Made by a program: the position numbers and the translations under genes
NCBI GenBank assembly: GCA_963696045.1
Contig: CAVOIR010000007.1
Location: forward strand, 20,665 to 84,664
DNA from: an uncultured Chloroflexia bacterium
Lineage (GTDB): Bacteria; Chloroflexota; Limnocylindria; Limnocylindrales; CSP1-4
Length of the DNA stretch: 64,000 nucleotides
Reading direction: 5' to 3'
Shown: positions 62,073-64,000 of the stretch, piece after piece
Layout: the number at the start of each line of letters is the position of its first letter
Numbering within the stretch: the stretch's first letter is position 1
The notes under the pieces: generated by a model
The model's input: only the letters and a program-made list of their open reading frames with translations
What the model was told of the DNA's origin: nothing
Database searches by the model: none

Positions 62073-64000
62073 GGTCCGGGCATCCCGGGTAGCGCCGCGC
62101 CACCGGCTGCCGACGGCGCCTCCCCCCTGGCTGGACGGCGGAGGCGCCGGGCAGCGATCGCCGCCATGGACACGGCCCCGACCCCGACGAGGCCCACGAC
62201 GAGCGTGTCGAGGGCGATGATGGGGCCCTCGAGTGCGGGGTCGCTGTTCACGGCGAACTGGAAGTCCCAGTTCCAGGTGGGCAGCAGGCCCTGGTAGAGG
62301 TAGGCGAGATCGCTCGGCAGCGGCAGCCCTGACAGGTTCGGGTACCAGATGAGCAGCCAGAGGACGCGCCGCGCCCAGCGTGGCCAGCACGAGCCGGCGT
62401 GGGTCCCTGGCCCGCAGCACCAGCCAGGCCGGTATGGCGAGGACCGCGAGACCGGCCAGCGCGATGACGTCGGAGCTCAGGCTCAGGGCCACGGTCCTGG
62501 TGCTGTCCAGGAGCGACAGGGTGGCCACGACCCCGGCCAGCGTGAGGATGGCCACCCAGACCAGCGCGGCGAAGGGGGTCTGACCAGGCCGCGTGCGTGC
62601 GCCATGCCCAGGACGCGACCGGTTCGAGCGCCAGCCGATGATGGCCGCGGCGGTCGTGCCTGCGGCCAGCACCGCCAGCGCGGCCATGCCTGCCTCGCTC
62701 ACCTGCGCCGTCCGTGTGATCGAGGATGCGCAGGCCACGCCTCCTGGGCGCGCCACCGCCGTGCCCGCCAGGATGCAGAGCGGCGTCCGCAGGAACCACG
62801 ACAGCGGCACGCCCAGGATGACGAGCGCCGCGGCCACCCGGGCGAGCAGCCAGGTGCGGGCGCTCGGGCCGTGCCACAGCTCCGCCAGCAGGTAGGCCAG
62901 CGCCAGCACCAGGAACGGCAGGCTGGCGAAGACGTGGTACTGGAAGGTGGCTCGATCGATGCGCGCCCAGGGCAGCCAGAGGCAGAGCCAGAGGATGACG
63001 ATGATGGCCAGGGCACGGCTCCGACGGTGCCAGGCCGCCCACCCCGCGAAGGCCATCGCGCCGATGCCGGCCCAGAAGATGATGAGGTTGCCCGCGTCGT
63101 AGATCAGCCCCGTCGTTCGGCCCGCGTAGTCCTTCGAGAACCACCACACCGGCTTGAGGTCGAGCGGCCAGGCCCACCAGGGCGACGAGGCGGCGTGCTC
63201 AGCTCGCAGATTGTCGTGGTACTGGTAGATCGAGGCGGTGAGGTCCGCGAGCGTCCTGCCCGTAGCGCTGCCCTCCGGGAGGAAGGGCAGTCTGCCGATG
63301 AGCGGCAGACCCCACTGGTTGCCCAGCTCGATCCACGGTGCGTACGAGACGATGTAGATGCCCACCGGGATGAGCGTGAGGCAGGCCAGCGTGAACAGCC
63401 AGGGCACCCCGGCCAGGCGCCCGGGATGCAGCCAGGCGCTGCGGTCTGGCAGCGCCTGAGCAGCCCCGGTCGCGAAGGGACCGTACCCACGGCGCCCGGC
63501 GAGCCATGTCACTCCCGCCACGGACAGGCCCAGGAGGATGGCGAGGCCTCCGGCCACCACGAGCCGCTCCGGCCAGGGATCGACGGTCAGTTCGCCGAGA
63601 GGGTCGCCCGAGGCCCCCGGCGCGGCCTGCAGAAGGCCCATGGCGACGAGCGCCCCGCCGGCCGCCAGCGGGCCCAGGATGGCCAGCCAGACCTCACCGC
63701 GGGTGAACCGGAGCGGCCGACGGACGAACCCGATCGACAACAGGCCGCAGAGGACCAGCATGAGGAGGAGGAAGAGCCAGTTGCGGGCCGGGTCCTCCGC
63801 GGCCGTCGGCCGGACGGCCATCGCCCCGAGGACGGCGGTCAGGGCGATCATGCCGAGGAGGGCGATGGCGCGGCCCAGGGCGGAGCGCAGCAGGACGAGC
63901 AGGACGAGGCCGCCGATCGCGTACAGGGCCACCCACTTCGACGCCAGGGCGAGGCCGAGACAGAGCCCGGCGCCGAGCAGGAGGGCGACGGCGGTCCAGG
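62069..64000 (-). CDS. PMT-family (GT39-like) phospholipid-carrier-dependent glycosyltransferase; N-terminus beyond the window end; one frame shift near 62375
   Basis: ORF 61365..63932(-) is in frame with codons up to 64000 (SKWVALYAIGG). Many TM segments; LTASIYQYHDNLRAEHAASSPWWAWPLDLKPVWWF. The true C-terminus is in ORF 62069..62251(-) and upstream codons (LWLLIWYPNLSGLPLPSDLAYLYQGLLPTWNWDFQFAVNSDPALEG). The part of the long ORF below 62375 that overlaps pimA is out of frame. Confidence 0.75.

Overview
This is a 64-kb chromosomal segment of about 70% GC. Its gene content looks actinobacterial: phosphatidylinositol/PIM lipid genes, an HspR heat-shock regulon and a CeoBC-like TrkA pair. I can support about 60 protein genes and one insertion sequence. 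I saw no rRNA, tRNA or CRISPR array by eye. From left to right the window contains nine blocks. (1) A minus-strand operon: NYN-domain protein, holB, acyP, two stand-alone cNMP-binding proteins and a flavoprotein. (2) A Liv-type branched-chain amino-acid ABC operon and a convergent polar-amino-acid ABC operon. (3) A zinc-ribbon protein, hpt, csoR, rsmG, a metallophosphoesterase, and APC permease-usp-trkA-trkA. (4) One 7.3-kb heat-shock operon, hsp20-hspR-lon-J protein-clpB, behind a palindrome-bearing promoter. (5) A 1418-bp IS110-family element inserted 1 nt after the clpB stop. (6) A MidA/NDUFAF7-like methyltransferase, a Nudix hydrolase, a cupin, purH and folK. (7) A 15-kb nuo operon with non-canonical order. 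(8) otsB-like, MFS and ABM-like genes. (9) An arsR - PIP synthase - ino1 - two acyltransferases - PHP phosphoesterase - pimA cluster, with a convergent PMT-type glycosyltransferase. The main finding is in block 7: NuoI is split into two half-ferredoxin pieces 4.2 kb apart, and NuoE-like, NuoF-like and NuoG-N-terminal/GltD-like genes lie between them. Caveat: many genes are interrupted by single-base frame shifts, which look like homopolymer-length changes and are unevenly distributed. Coordinates for those genes are spans joined by eye across frames. Apparent gene fusions therefore need accurate re-sequencing before they are believed.
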